Origin: Gemmatimonadales bacterium
GTDB taxonomy: Bacteria > Gemmatimonadota > Gemmatimonadetes > Gemmatimonadales > GWC2-71-9
Assembly: GCA_041613315.1 (NCBI GenBank)
Contig: JBFJHJ010000017.1
Coordinates: 1-60,983 of the forward strand
DNA length: 60,983 bases
Direction of reading: 5' to 3'
Of the stretch, positions 41,192-54,753 are shown in pieces. Under the pieces are notes generated by a model. The model did no database searches and had not been told where the DNA came from. It saw only the letters and a program-made list of their open reading frames with translations. The position numbers were made by a program, and so were the translations under genes. Position 1 is the stretch's first letter. Every line of letters starts with the position of its first letter.

Positions 41192-42335
41192 GGTTCCGCC
41201 TCAGCAGGGCATCCAGGGTCTGGGCCGCCTCGGTCGCGCGGCGGACGTGATCGGCGACGGCGGCATCGTCGCTCCGCTCACCGATCTTGAGCCAGCGCTG
41301 CCACCACTCGACCGCCTCCTGGAAGCGCCCCTGCAACGCCAACGCGTCCCCTAAGAGTCGATGCCCGGACACGAGCATCGGGTCCACGCGCAGGGCGCGG
41401 CGCAAGTGCTCCTCCGCCTCCGTCGGCCGCATCGCCGCCAACTCCACCTCCGCCAAGATGAGGTAGATGGACGCCTCGTGGGGCTGCACGGCGCGGGCCG
41501 ACTCGGCCCACCCCCTGGCGCCATCCAGGTCTCCGTGCTCCAGGGCCTGCGCCGCGCGCTCAATCAAGCGGTCGACCTCCCCCTCGGCCTGCCCCGTCGG
41601 CGCCGGCTGGGTGCCGCGATCTTGGACGGCCACGACGCCCGCGGTGGCCAAGCCGAAGATGGTCTTCGCCACCTCGAACTCCGATCGGCCCAGGGACGAG
41701 GAGATGCCGCGCACGTCGCGCTCGCCGTCGACCGCCGCCAGCACTTCCCACTCCGTTGGTAGCAGGTCCAGCTCGCCCGCTTCACCGCCCTCCGCCGGGG
41801 CGAGCGTCGGGATGACGCCGAGGTGCGGAATCTGGCTTTCGATGCGCGACCACTCGTCGATGCGCCGGGCGCCTTCCATCAGCAACGCTTCCGTCGGAAT
41901 GCGCACGTCGGCGTCGGCGGCGATGTCGGGGAGGGGACCCTCGACGAACGAAAAGTAACCCTCCCGCCAACTCATCACCTCGAACACGACTTCCTCGATC
42001 TGCGCGCGCACCTGACGCTCGAGCTCCCTTGCGTTGATGGCGCCAATGTCCACCAGGAGCTCGCCCAGACGGCGGCCGTCGCCCTGTCGCTGCATGTCGC
42101 GCGCGCGGTTGAGATCTCCCTCGGTGATCTTCCCCGATCGGACCAGCAATCCCCCGAGCGGATGGGGATTGCTGAGAATCTCGGCGTACACGAGGGCGCC
42201 GCCGTCGTAGTAGATCGTGCCCTGGTTGTGGCGAAGCTTGGACGTCACCGTCAGCACGCCGGTCTTGCGACTGAGGTCCAGCAGCTGGAAGACATCGTGG
42301 ATGCCCAGCTCTTTGAGGGGGCCCTCGATCGCCAT
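41184..42335 (-). CDS. DUF4388 + MshEN-like + TPR protein (paralog)
   Basis: IEGPLKELGIHDVFQLL..SRKTGVL, PLGGLL/RLGELL repeats, LLMEGARRIDEW, three TPRs. Confidence 0.85.
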   Translation of the reverse strand: MAIEGPLKELGIHDVFQLLDLSRKTGVLTVTSKLRHNQGTIYYDGGALVYAEILSNPHPLGGLLVRSGKITEGDLNRARDMQRQGDGRRLGELLVDIGAINARELERQVRAQIEEVVFEVMSWREGYFSFVEGPLPDIAADADVRIPTEALLMEGARRIDEWSRIESQIPHLGVIPTLAPAEGGEAGELDLLPTEWEVLAAVDGERDVRGISSSLGRSEFEVAKTIFGLATAGVVAVQDRGTQPAPTGQAEGEVDRLIERAAQALEHGDLDGARGWAESARAVQPHEASIYLILAEVELAAMRPTEAEEHLRRALRVDPMLVSGHRLLGDALALQGRFQEAVEWWQRWLKIGERSDDAAVADHVRRATEAAQTLDALLRRNRV

Positions 42336-42338
42336 GGC

Positions 42339-45026
42339 CTAGGCGGCCTCGGTCTGAAAGATCCGCTGCAGGTCGACGGCGGTGCGAGCGTGCTTGCGGG
42401 CGCGCTGCGCGAACGGGCCGCTGGGATCCAGCGCGATGACGCGCTCCCACCGCTCCACCGCTTCCGGATAGCGTTTGAGCCGGGCCAGCACCACGCCGGT
42501 GAAGAAGAGCGCACCCACGTGCCGATCATCGTAGGCCAGGATCTGCTCGAACGCCTCGAGCGCTTGCTCGGGCCGCTCGTCGTCGAGCAGCGCGTGTCCC
42601 AAGGCAAGGAGTGCGGCGAGGTCGGAGGGGTCGGTCGCGAGCACCTCCACCAGGAGGTTGACCGCCTTGCGCGCGCCGCCGGTCTTGCGGTACACGCTGG
42701 CCAGCGCCACGGCCGCATCGGAAAATGTCGGCAGCAGGTCCAGGGCCGCTGCATACGCCGCCGCGGCCGCCTCCCAGTCCTCGCGCTTCTCGTGCAGCTT
42801 GCCGAGGTCCACGTACACCTGGACGAATCGCGGGTCGAGCTCGAGTGCCTCGTCGTAGGCTTGGCGCGCCGATTCGAGGTCGCCGAGCCCCACGGTGATA
42901 TCGCCTTGGAGCTTCAGGATGTCCGGGCGTTGTGGCGCACGCTTGCGCGCGTCTTTGAGGGAGGCGAGCGCGGCCGCCGGGTCGCCGGCGGCGAGCTCGG
43001 TCTCCGCGAGGGCCAGGAGGACGGTCACGTCGTCGGGACAGTCGGCGGCGAGCGCCAGGGCGAGCGGCCGTGCTTCCGGCCCCCGCCGGAGCGCGAGGAG
43101 CGCACGAATCTCGCCGAGCCGCGCGTCGGGCCGGTCCGGGGCGAGCTGTTGCGCGGCGCGGAAGCGCTCGAGCGCCTCGCCGTGGAGGCCGCGCCGCGCG
43201 AAGACCGTGCCGAGGAGCGTGTGCGTCTCCACCAGGTCGGCCCCGCGGCCCAGCGCCCGATTCGTCTCCGCTGCCGCCAACTCGAGGAGCCCTTTGGTGA
43301 GGTAGTCGCGCGCCAACGCCAGCGCGTCGCCGGCGTCGCGCGAGGGTCGTTTCTGCGCCGGCTCCGCCAGCTCGGAGAAGAGGTCGTCCAGGAGGCTCTG
43401 ATCAAAGATCAGGCTCTGCGCGGTCAGGTCCGTGGTCACGTCGGCGGAGATCTCGGGCACGACCGCGATCGTGGATTCCTCGTACTGAAGGTCGATGGCG
43501 AGCCGGAACTTCTGGGGGACGTAATACGGATCCAGCGCCTGCGCGCGCGTCACCGCCCGGAGTGCGCCGTCGTAATCCCCGAGCCGCGAGAGCGCGAAGC
43601 TCAGGTTGTAATGGGCCTCGGCCGAGTCGGGGTCGCTTTCCACCGCCCGCGCGAACGCGTTGCGGGCATCTTCGGCGCGGCCGATCTCGGTGAGCACGAG
43701 CCCAATCCCGTTCCACGCCGGGCCAGAGTGCGCCTCCTGCTCCAGGACTTGGCGGAATACCTGCATCGAGAGCTGGAACCGCCGGAGCTTGAAGAGCAGC
43801 AGCCCGAGATTGAGCCGAGGGATGACCAGCCCGGGTTCCGCGTGGACGGCATCGCGTAGCGTTTCGACCGCTTCCTCGTGTTGCCCCACTTGCGCCAACG
43901 AGATTGCCAAGTTGTTCAGCGCGAGTGCGTACCGCGGGTCGATCTCCGCCGAGCGCCGGTAGGAGGCGATCGCCTCATCGAACTGGCCCAGCTGGTGGAA
44001 CACGACGGCGCGCTCGTTCCACAGTTTGGGCGAGTCCGCCACTTCAGCGACGAGGCCCTCGTACAGCTCCAAGGCGGCGACGTGGTCGCGCTTGAGGAGG
44101 TGCACCTCCGCCATCGCCTGGAGCACGAGGCGCCGATCCTCGCCGCGCTCGAGCGCCAGGCGATACTCGCGCAGCGCCTCGCCGTAGTAGCCCTGCTGGC
44201 GGAACGCCAGCCCGAGGTTGTAGTGCGCCAGCGCGCTTTGCTCCGCCACGCCGGGCTCGAGGGCGCGCTGCTCGGCCAAGCTCGGCCGAGCCCGCGCCCC
44301 GGACAGCCGGTCCAGCGAGAGGTTGGTCTGCGCCCGGGCGAACGTGGGATTGAGCTGGATCGCCCGCTTCGTCGCGGCCCGGGCCTCCTCGTGGCGGCCC
44401 ACGTCGCCCAGCGCGAACGCAATGAGATAATGGGCGTCTGCGTTCTCCGGATTGAGCTCGGTGGCACGGGTGAGCGCCTCCAACGCCTCGCTGTTCAGCC
44501 CGCGGTTGTAGAGCACCTCGCCGCGGTACAGTGCGACGACGCTGCTGTCGGGATCCAGCTCGGCCGCGCGGTCGAGCCACTCGGTGGCGACCTCGAGCCG
44601 GCCCCGGTTCTTCTCGGCCAACCCGAGCTGGATCAGCGCCGCCACGTCCCGGGCGTTGCGGCTGATCAGCGCCTGGAATTCCTCCACCGCCGGCTCGTAC
44701 TGCCCCAGCGAGGCGTACGCGCGCCCCAGCTCCCACCGCGCCTCCCGGTCATCGGGCTGCGCCCGCAGACGCTCGCGCAACTCGGCGATGCGCCGGTCGT
44801 AGTAGCCGGTCTCTTGGTAGGCGATCTCGAGGTTGCGCTGGGCGACCTGCATCTTCGAGTCGAGCTCCAGCGCACGCTTGAACTCGGCGATCGCCTCCTC
44901 GATCAAGCCTTTCTTGTAATAGAGAACGCCGAGGTTGTTGTGGGCGCCCGCATCCGACGGGTCGATTCGCTGCGCGAAGGACCGAAGGGTATCGCGATCC
45001 TTCTTGGAGATGCCCTGCGGTGGCAT
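42339..45026 (-). CDS. Large cytoplasmic TPR-repeat scaffold protein
   Basis: About 20 TPR-like repeats (AHNNLGVLY, AHYNLG, AWNGIG...); no signal peptide. Confidence 0.88.
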   Translation of the reverse strand: MPPQGISKKDRDTLRSFAQRIDPSDAGAHNNLGVLYYKKGLIEEAIAEFKRALELDSKMQVAQRNLEIAYQETGYYDRRIAELRERLRAQPDDREARWELGRAYASLGQYEPAVEEFQALISRNARDVAALIQLGLAEKNRGRLEVATEWLDRAAELDPDSSVVALYRGEVLYNRGLNSEALEALTRATELNPENADAHYLIAFALGDVGRHEEARAATKRAIQLNPTFARAQTNLSLDRLSGARARPSLAEQRALEPGVAEQSALAHYNLGLAFRQQGYYGEALREYRLALERGEDRRLVLQAMAEVHLLKRDHVAALELYEGLVAEVADSPKLWNERAVVFHQLGQFDEAIASYRRSAEIDPRYALALNNLAISLAQVGQHEEAVETLRDAVHAEPGLVIPRLNLGLLLFKLRRFQLSMQVFRQVLEQEAHSGPAWNGIGLVLTEIGRAEDARNAFARAVESDPDSAEAHYNLSFALSRLGDYDGALRAVTRAQALDPYYVPQKFRLAIDLQYEESTIAVVPEISADVTTDLTAQSLIFDQSLLDDLFSELAEPAQKRPSRDAGDALALARDYLTKGLLELAAAETNRALGRGADLVETHTLLGTVFARRGLHGEALERFRAAQQLAPDRPDARLGEIRALLALRRGPEARPLALALAADCPDDVTVLLALAETELAAGDPAAALASLKDARKRAPQRPDILKLQGDITVGLGDLESARQAYDEALELDPRFVQVYVDLGKLHEKREDWEAAAAAYAAALDLLPTFSDAAVALASVYRKTGGARKAVNLLVEVLATDPSDLAALLALGHALLDDERPEQALEAFEQILAYDDRHVGALFFTGVVLARLKRYPEAVERWERVIALDPSGPFAQRARKHARTAVDLQRIFQTEAA

Positions 45027-45030
45027 GCGG

Positions 45031-45651
45031 TCACGCGAGACGGATGGCGTCGAAAATCGCCTTGAGCGACGCCAGGTCGGGAAGCAGTAGGAAATGGCCC
45101 CGCAGCGCGTGGCCGGCCTCCTCGAACTGGAAGTCGGTCTCCACGCACAGCACGTAGTCGCGGTCCCGGCCGAAGTTGAGGTAGGCCGTCGTGACGACGG
45201 CCGCGGAAAGGTCGATCACCAAGCTCGGCACCGACGGGAGCAGCATCATTCCCATGAAATCCGACAGGGCGTTCATGTAGGCCCCACCCAGAATATTGCC
45301 CGCCTCCTTGAGGGCCGATTGCTCGAGTTCGTGGAACGAACCCGTGGTCGCCGGCGGTCGGCGCAGCAGCAGGTCGCACAACAGCCGGGCGGCGGGCTCG
45401 TCCATGACGAACAACGTGCGGCCGGTCAAATCGCCCAGCATATGCATCAGCACGGCCGCCACCACCTCCTCCGGATCCCCCAACAGCTCGTCTACGTCCT
45501 CCAGCGGGGTGATTGTGATCTGCGGCACACTGATCATGATGCGGCGGTTGGTGAGCTGCGAGAGGGCCGTGGCGGCGTGGCCCGCGCCGATGTTGGCCAC
45601 CTCGCGAAGCGCGTCCACCTGCAACGCCTTGAGCTCGCGCACGTCGTCCAT
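45031..45651 (-). CDS. cheC: CheY-P phosphatase CheC
   Basis: Two E-x2-N active sites: DALREVANIGAGHAATALS and SALKEAGNIL; PSVP. Confidence 0.95.
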   Translation of the reverse strand: MDDVRELKALQVDALREVANIGAGHAATALSQLTNRRIMISVPQITITPLEDVDELLGDPEEVVAAVLMHMLGDLTGRTLFVMDEPAARLLCDLLLRRPPATTGSFHELEQSALKEAGNILGGAYMNALSDFMGMMLLPSVPSLVIDLSAAVVTTAYLNFGRDRDYVLCVETDFQFEEAGHALRGHFLLLPDLASLKAIFDAIRLA

Positions 45652-45663
45652 GCCGCAGTCTCC

Positions 45664-47532
45664 CTACACCAAGCCGCCGGCATCCAGGATGAGGGCCGGC
45701 GCTCCGTCGCTGAGGATCGTGGCGCCGCTGAAGATCGGCAGCGTGCCCTGGGGCGGGTCGAACGCCTTGACCACGATTTCCTGCTGGCCGGCCAGGGCAT
45801 CCACCACCAGTCCGCCCCGCCGATCCCCGATCTCGAGGATGATCACCGGCCGCCGCGCCGGCGGCTCACCCCCCTGCTGGAGCAGTCGGCGCAGGTGTAT
45901 CAGCGGGACCACGTCGGCCCGAACCGACATGGCGTCCCGGTTGTCCACCCGGGTGACCAGGGCCGCGTCGAACGCCAGCGTTTCCGCCACATGGGTGAGC
46001 GGTACAGCGTAGCGCTCCCGCCCGACCTGCGCGATGAGCGCCCTCACAATCGCCAGGGTCGTGGGCACTCGGAGCGTAAACGTGGTCCCCTGGCCGGCTT
46101 CGGTCCGGATCTCCATCGAGCCCCCCAGGACCCGGAGCTGCACGGCCACGGCGTCGATCCCGACCCCGCGGCCGGAGACATCGGACACTCTGGCGGCCGT
46201 CGAGAACCCCGGTCGGGCCAGGATGCGCAGCAGCAGCTCGTCGGTCAGGTACTCGATCCCCTCCTCCACCATGCCCCGTTGCTTCGCGAGCTGGAGCAGC
46301 GCCGCCCGGTCGATCCCCCGCCCGTCGTCGCTCACCCGGATCGCCACCGACGCCCGCTCCCGCATGGCGCTCAGCACGATCCGCCCTTCGGGCGGCTTCC
46401 CGGCCGCGCGCCGGTCCGTGGGGGGCTCGATGCCGTGGTCCACGGCGTTGCGGAGCAGGTGCACCAGGGAGTCGCCCATCTCGTCCAGGATCGCGCGGTC
46501 GAGCTCGATCTCCTTGCCCTCCACCTCGAAGCTCACCTGCTTGTCCAGTTGTCTGGCGAGGTCGCGCACGAGGCGCGGGAACCGGTCGAAGACCTGCCAC
46601 ACGGGGGTCATGCGCGCCTGGACGATCTCGCCCTGCAGCTGCCCGCTGAGTTGGGCGATCTTGATCGCCAAGTCCTCGAGCGCCGGGTCCGCTCGCTGGG
46701 TCGACAACTCGATCAGCCGGTTCTTCGCCGTCGCGAGCTCACCCACCAGGTCCATGAGCGCGTCGAGCCGTTTGAGCGCCACCCGGATGTGTTGCGTGCG
46801 GCCCGCGCCGCCCTCGACCTGGGGAGCGGCGCTCTCGGCAGCGCCGATCGTGAGCTCCGCCACCTCCCCCACCTTGCGAAGCTCCGCCTCGAGCTCCTCG
46901 TCATCCCGCGAACTCTCGAGCCGAAAGACGAAGCGCCCGTCGAATTCCTCCGCCTCGAGGGCCACGGGCGCCGGCTCCACCGAGTGCACCGCGCCCAGGC
47001 CCTTGGCGCGGGCGAGGAGCAGGACGGCCCGCGCCCCCTTGAGCGGGGTCTCCGGTTGCAACACCACCCGCACCGTGCGCCCGGTCCCGGTCGGGGCGGC
47101 GACCACGGGGGCGGACGGCCGCGCACCCTCCGACCGCTGCGCCGCCGACTCGTGGCTGGCGGCTACCCGGTCGAGGGCGGCGGCAACGGCACCCACGTCC
47201 ACGTCCGCCTCCTGTCCCGACACAGCCGCTTGGATGGCGCGCTCCAGCGCGTCGGCGGTCCGGAACAGCAGCTGCAGCGTGTCCGGGGCGGGACCGGCGG
47301 CGCTACGGCGCAGGAGGTCGAGGAGGTTCTCGGTGCGGTGGGCAAGGTCGGCGACCGTCGCATACCCCATGGTCGCCGCCATGCCTTTGATCGTGTGGAT
47401 CGCCCGGAACACGCCGCCGACGGGTTCGGGGGCGTCCGGCCGCCGCTCCCATTCGAGGAGCAGCTGATTCACGGCATTGAGGTGCTCGCGGCTCTCCGCC
47501 AGGAAGAGTTCGGCGTACTGAGCGTGGTCCAT
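45664..47532 (-). CDS. cheA: Chemotaxis histidine kinase CheA
   Basis: P1 FRAIHTIKG, a P2 domain, LDALMDLVGEL, HLLRNAVDHGIE, DDGRG, PGFSTA, SGRGVGID, CheW-like P5. Confidence 0.97.
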   Translation of the reverse strand: MDHAQYAELFLAESREHLNAVNQLLLEWERRPDAPEPVGGVFRAIHTIKGMAATMGYATVADLAHRTENLLDLLRRSAAGPAPDTLQLLFRTADALERAIQAAVSGQEADVDVGAVAAALDRVAASHESAAQRSEGARPSAPVVAAPTGTGRTVRVVLQPETPLKGARAVLLLARAKGLGAVHSVEPAPVALEAEEFDGRFVFRLESSRDDEELEAELRKVGEVAELTIGAAESAAPQVEGGAGRTQHIRVALKRLDALMDLVGELATAKNRLIELSTQRADPALEDLAIKIAQLSGQLQGEIVQARMTPVWQVFDRFPRLVRDLARQLDKQVSFEVEGKEIELDRAILDEMGDSLVHLLRNAVDHGIEPPTDRRAAGKPPEGRIVLSAMRERASVAIRVSDDGRGIDRAALLQLAKQRGMVEEGIEYLTDELLLRILARPGFSTAARVSDVSGRGVGIDAVAVQLRVLGGSMEIRTEAGQGTTFTLRVPTTLAIVRALIAQVGRERYAVPLTHVAETLAFDAALVTRVDNRDAMSVRADVVPLIHLRRLLQQGGEPPARRPVIILEIGDRRGGLVVDALAGQQEIVVKAFDPPQGTLPIFSGATILSDGAPALILDAGGLV

Positions 47533-47535
47533 GCG

Positions 47536-47898
47536 CTAGCCGAGCACCCGCTGCACCGCCTCGAGCACGCGGGACGGCTGGAACGGCTTGACGACGAAGT
47601 CCTTGGCGCCGGCCTGGATCGCCTCGACGACCAGCGCCTGCTGGCCCATCGCGCTGCACATGAGAACCCGTGCCTCGGCATCGAACTTCACAATCTCGCG
47701 CACGGCGTCGATCCCGCCCATGTCGGGCATCACAATGTCCATGGTGACGAGATCCGGCTTCAGCTGCTTGTACTTCTCCACGGCCTGCACCCCGGTCTCG
47801 GCTTCGCCCACCACCTCGAACCCCGCCTGGGTCAGGATGTCACTGATCATGGTGCGCATGAAGATCGCGTCGTCGCAGACGAGCACCGTGTGGCTCAC
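47536..47898 (-). CDS. cheY: Chemotaxis response regulator CheY (Bacillus/Thermotoga type)
   Basis: DDAIFMR, TMDIVMP, CSAMGQQ, FVVKPF. Confidence 0.95.
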   Translation of the reverse strand: MSHTVLVCDDAIFMRTMISDILTQAGFEVVGEAETGVQAVEKYKQLKPDLVTMDIVMPDMGGIDAVREIVKFDAEARVLMCSAMGQQALVVEAIQAGAKDFVVKPFQPSRVLEAVQRVLG

Positions 47899-47906
47899 AC
47901 GTCCCC

Positions 47907-48341
47907 CTACAGACTGATGATTGGAGCGAGCAATGGTTCGAGATCGAGAAGCACGAACGGCAGGTCACCCCGCCGTCCAACCGCCCGCACAACCCGCGGG
48001 TCCATCCCCGGGAGCTCCGCGCGGTCCGACAGCTCCGCCTCGGCGGTCGCAAAGAGGTCCACCACTTCGTCCACCAAGAACGCGACGGTGCGATGCCCGA
48101 CGTCGAGCAGCAGCATGGAGCCCTCGCGGTCTGCCCGCCGCTGCTGCAGCGCCTGCCGCCCGTCCACTAGGGTCACCACTGTCCCCCGGACGTTGACCAG
48201 CCCGAGCACCGCATCCGCGGCGCCCGGCACGCGGGTCGCCGGCTGGACGGGCAGGATCTCACGGGCGGCCGACGCATCCACGGCGCACACCAGGTCCGCC
48301 ACCCGGAACGCCAGGATTCGATCGCCCGCCAAGTCGGCCAT
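47907..48341 (-). CDS. cheW: Chemotaxis coupling protein CheW
   Basis: TRVPGA..AVLGLVNVRG, VAFLVDEV, LLDL. ATG at 48341. Confidence 0.88.
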   Translation of the reverse strand: MADLAGDRILAFRVADLVCAVDASAAREILPVQPATRVPGAADAVLGLVNVRGTVVTLVDGRQALQQRRADREGSMLLLDVGHRTVAFLVDEVVDLFATAEAELSDRAELPGMDPRVVRAVGRRGDLPFVLLDLEPLLAPIISL

Positions 48342-48342
48342 C

Positions 48343-49335
<993 letters not shown>

Positions 49336-49339
49336 GCGG

Positions 49340-49864
49340 TCACGCCTCGGCCACGTCCACCGCGTCGGCGGCGGTCGCGGCTTCGTGCCGTCCTTCCTGC
49401 CAGAGTACGAGCGCCAGGGCAATCGCGCCGCAGCTCACGGCCATGTCGGCCACGTTGAACGTGGGCCAGTGAAGGGGACCGATCCACACGTCGATGAAAT
49501 CCACGACGCCCAGCGGGCTGCGGATCCGGTCCACCAGATTGCCGACGGCGCCGCCGCAGACGAGGGCCAGCGCGGTGAGGCGGAACCACTGCGCGCGGCG
49601 CGTCTGCCGCACCATGGACCCTAGGACCACGAGCGCCACGAGGGCGAGGATCATGAAGACCCAGCGTGAGTGTTCGCCCACGTTGATGCCGAACGCCGCA
49701 CCGGTGTTGTAGACCAGGCGGAGCGACAGCCACTCTCCGGCCACGGGGGCGGGGATGCGGGACAGCATCGCGACCGCGATCTGCTTCGTGAGGTAGTCGA
49801 TCGCGACGACGCTCAAGAGGATTCCCCAGAAGAGTGGGGACCGACTCCCGCTAGCGCTTGCCAT
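49340..49864 (-). CDS. lspA: Lipoprotein signal peptidase II
   Basis: DYLTK, NTGAAFG, GAVGNLVDR, VVDFI, FNVAD. ATG at 49864. Confidence 0.96.
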   Translation of the reverse strand: MASASGSRSPLFWGILLSVVAIDYLTKQIAVAMLSRIPAPVAGEWLSLRLVYNTGAAFGINVGEHSRWVFMILALVALVVLGSMVRQTRRAQWFRLTALALVCGGAVGNLVDRIRSPLGVVDFIDVWIGPLHWPTFNVADMAVSCGAIALALVLWQEGRHEAATAADAVDVAEA

Positions 49865-50231
49865 CTTCTTCTTTCGCCTTGCACTTGATGCAGAGGCGGG
49901 CGTGGGGGAGGGCGTCGAGCCGCTCGAACCCGATCTCGTCGCCACATTCGTGGCACGTGCCGAACTTGTCCGGACTGAAATACAGCCGCCGGAGCGCCTC
50001 GTTCACGTGCCACAGATAGCGGCCCTCTTTCGACGCGAAGAGGAACTGCTTTTCCCGTTCCATCGCGTCGGTGCCCTGATCGGCCATATGAAAGGAATAG
50101 GACGAGAGGTCGCCGTCAGAGGCCTGGAGCGTGCCGCTGAATTGCTCGCCGTAGTACCCGAGCTCCTTCATCACGCGGGCACGCTCCTCGAGTAGTCGGC
50201 TCTCGAGGTGCGCCAATTGCTTCTTGTTCAT
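49851..50231 (-). CDS. DksA/TraR family C4 zinc-finger protein
   Basis: Coiled coil with HMADQGTD tip; CHEC...ERLDALP.A.LCIKC. Confidence 0.9.
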   Translation of the reverse strand: MNKKQLAHLESRLLEERARVMKELGYYGEQFSGTLQASDGDLSSYSFHMADQGTDAMEREKQFLFASKEGRYLWHVNEALRRLYFSPDKFGTCHECGDEIGFERLDALPHARLCIKCKAKEEDGKR

Positions 50232-50258
50232 CGTTTCATCCCGCCGGCCGGTGCGGCG

Positions 50259-53434
<3,176 letters not shown>

Positions 53435-53435
<1 letters not shown>

Positions 53436-54265
53436 TACGCCATCCGCTGGAGCACGCGCGTGACGAGGCGGGTGAGGGCGGGCTCCGCCTTTGCGGCCGT
53501 GGCGATGATCGTCTCGACGTCCGCCGGCTCCAGCGCATCGGGGAGGCACGCGTCGGTGATGATCGAGATGCCGAGCACCCGCATGCCGCCGTGGACGGCG
53601 ACGATCACCTCGGGCACCGTGGACATGCCCACCACGTCGGCCCCCACGGTGCGCAGGAAGCGATACTCCGCCGCCGTCTCGAGGTTGGGTCCGGGCACGG
53701 CGACGTACACGCCCTCGCGCAACGTGATCTTGAGATCGCGCGCCACCTCGCGCGTGAGCCGGCGCAGGTCGGGATCGTACGCACGGGACATGTCGGGGAA
53801 CCGGGGCCCCAACGCCTCGTCGTTGGGGCCCACCAGCGGGTTGTCTCCCAGGAGGTTGATGTGGTCGGCGATGAGCAGCAGATCGCCCGGCGCCCAGAGC
53901 GGGTGCATCCCCCCGCAGGCGTTGGACACCACGAGGGTGTGCGCGCCGAGCGCACGCATGACGCGCACCGGAAACGCGATCTCGTGCATCGCGTAGCCTT
54001 CGTAGCGGTGGAACCGGCCCTGCATCGCCACCACCGGCTTCCCGCCGAGCGTGCCCAGCAGCAGGCGCCCGGCATGTGACTCCACGGTGGAGAGCGGGAA
54101 GCCGGGGATGCGCTCGTACCCGATCGCCGCCGCGGTGGCGATCTCCCGGGCGAGCCCGCCCAGGCCCGTTCCCAGGATCAGGGCCACGTCCGGCGCGAGG
54201 TCGGTCTCCGCGCGGATCGCCTCCACCGCGCGCTCGAGGCCGTCCGCCAGGCTGACGGTCGTCAC
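53435..54265 (-). CDS. punA: Purine nucleoside phosphorylase (trimeric family)
   Basis: ILGTGLG, HAGRL, QGRFHRYEGY, GPRFPDMS, GPNLETAAE, VGMSTVPE. Confidence 0.93.
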
Positions 54266-54753
54266 GTGGACTCGGGTGGCGTGCCGTCCCGCTCGTGGTC
54301 CGCGAGCGCATCCACCTCAGCGAGGTGGCGCCAGAGGAGCTGGCGGAAGGCGGCGAGGTATCCGCTGAACAGCCGCTGCGCCTCCTCGATGTCGCGGCGC
54401 ACCTGGCCCTCCGCCGTGCGCGCCTCGGCCACCATCTGCTCCGCCCGCGCGCCCGCTTCGCGGATGACGAGATCGGACTGTTGCTTGGCCGACTGCTCCG
54501 TATCGGCGCGGACCTGCTGGGCCAGGAGCACCGCGTCGTTCAACGCCTTCTCCTGTTCCCGGTAGGCCTTGAGCTGCTCGCGCAGGTTCTGGAGCCGTTC
54601 CTCGAGCATCGCTCGCTCTCGTACGAGCCGCTCCATCTCTTCGGCGACTCGAGCCCGAAAGTCCTCGACGGCGGCGACACCGTAACCGAACAGGCTCCGG
54701 CCGAACTCTTGCGCCCGCATGTCGGCTGGGGTGAGACGGAAGCCTTCGTTCAT
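54262..54753 (-). CDS. divIVA: DivIVA-domain protein
   Basis: LTPADMRAQEF.RSLFGY...VEDF N-terminal motif plus a long coiled coil (AQQ..A..EA). Confidence 0.85.
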   Translation of the reverse strand: MNEGFRLTPADMRAQEFGRSLFGYGVAAVEDFRARVAEEMERLVRERAMLEERLQNLREQLKAYREQEKALNDAVLLAQQVRADTEQSAKQQSDLVIREAGARAEQMVAEARTAEGQVRRDIEEAQRLFSGYLAAFRQLLWRHLAEVDALADHERDGTPPEST

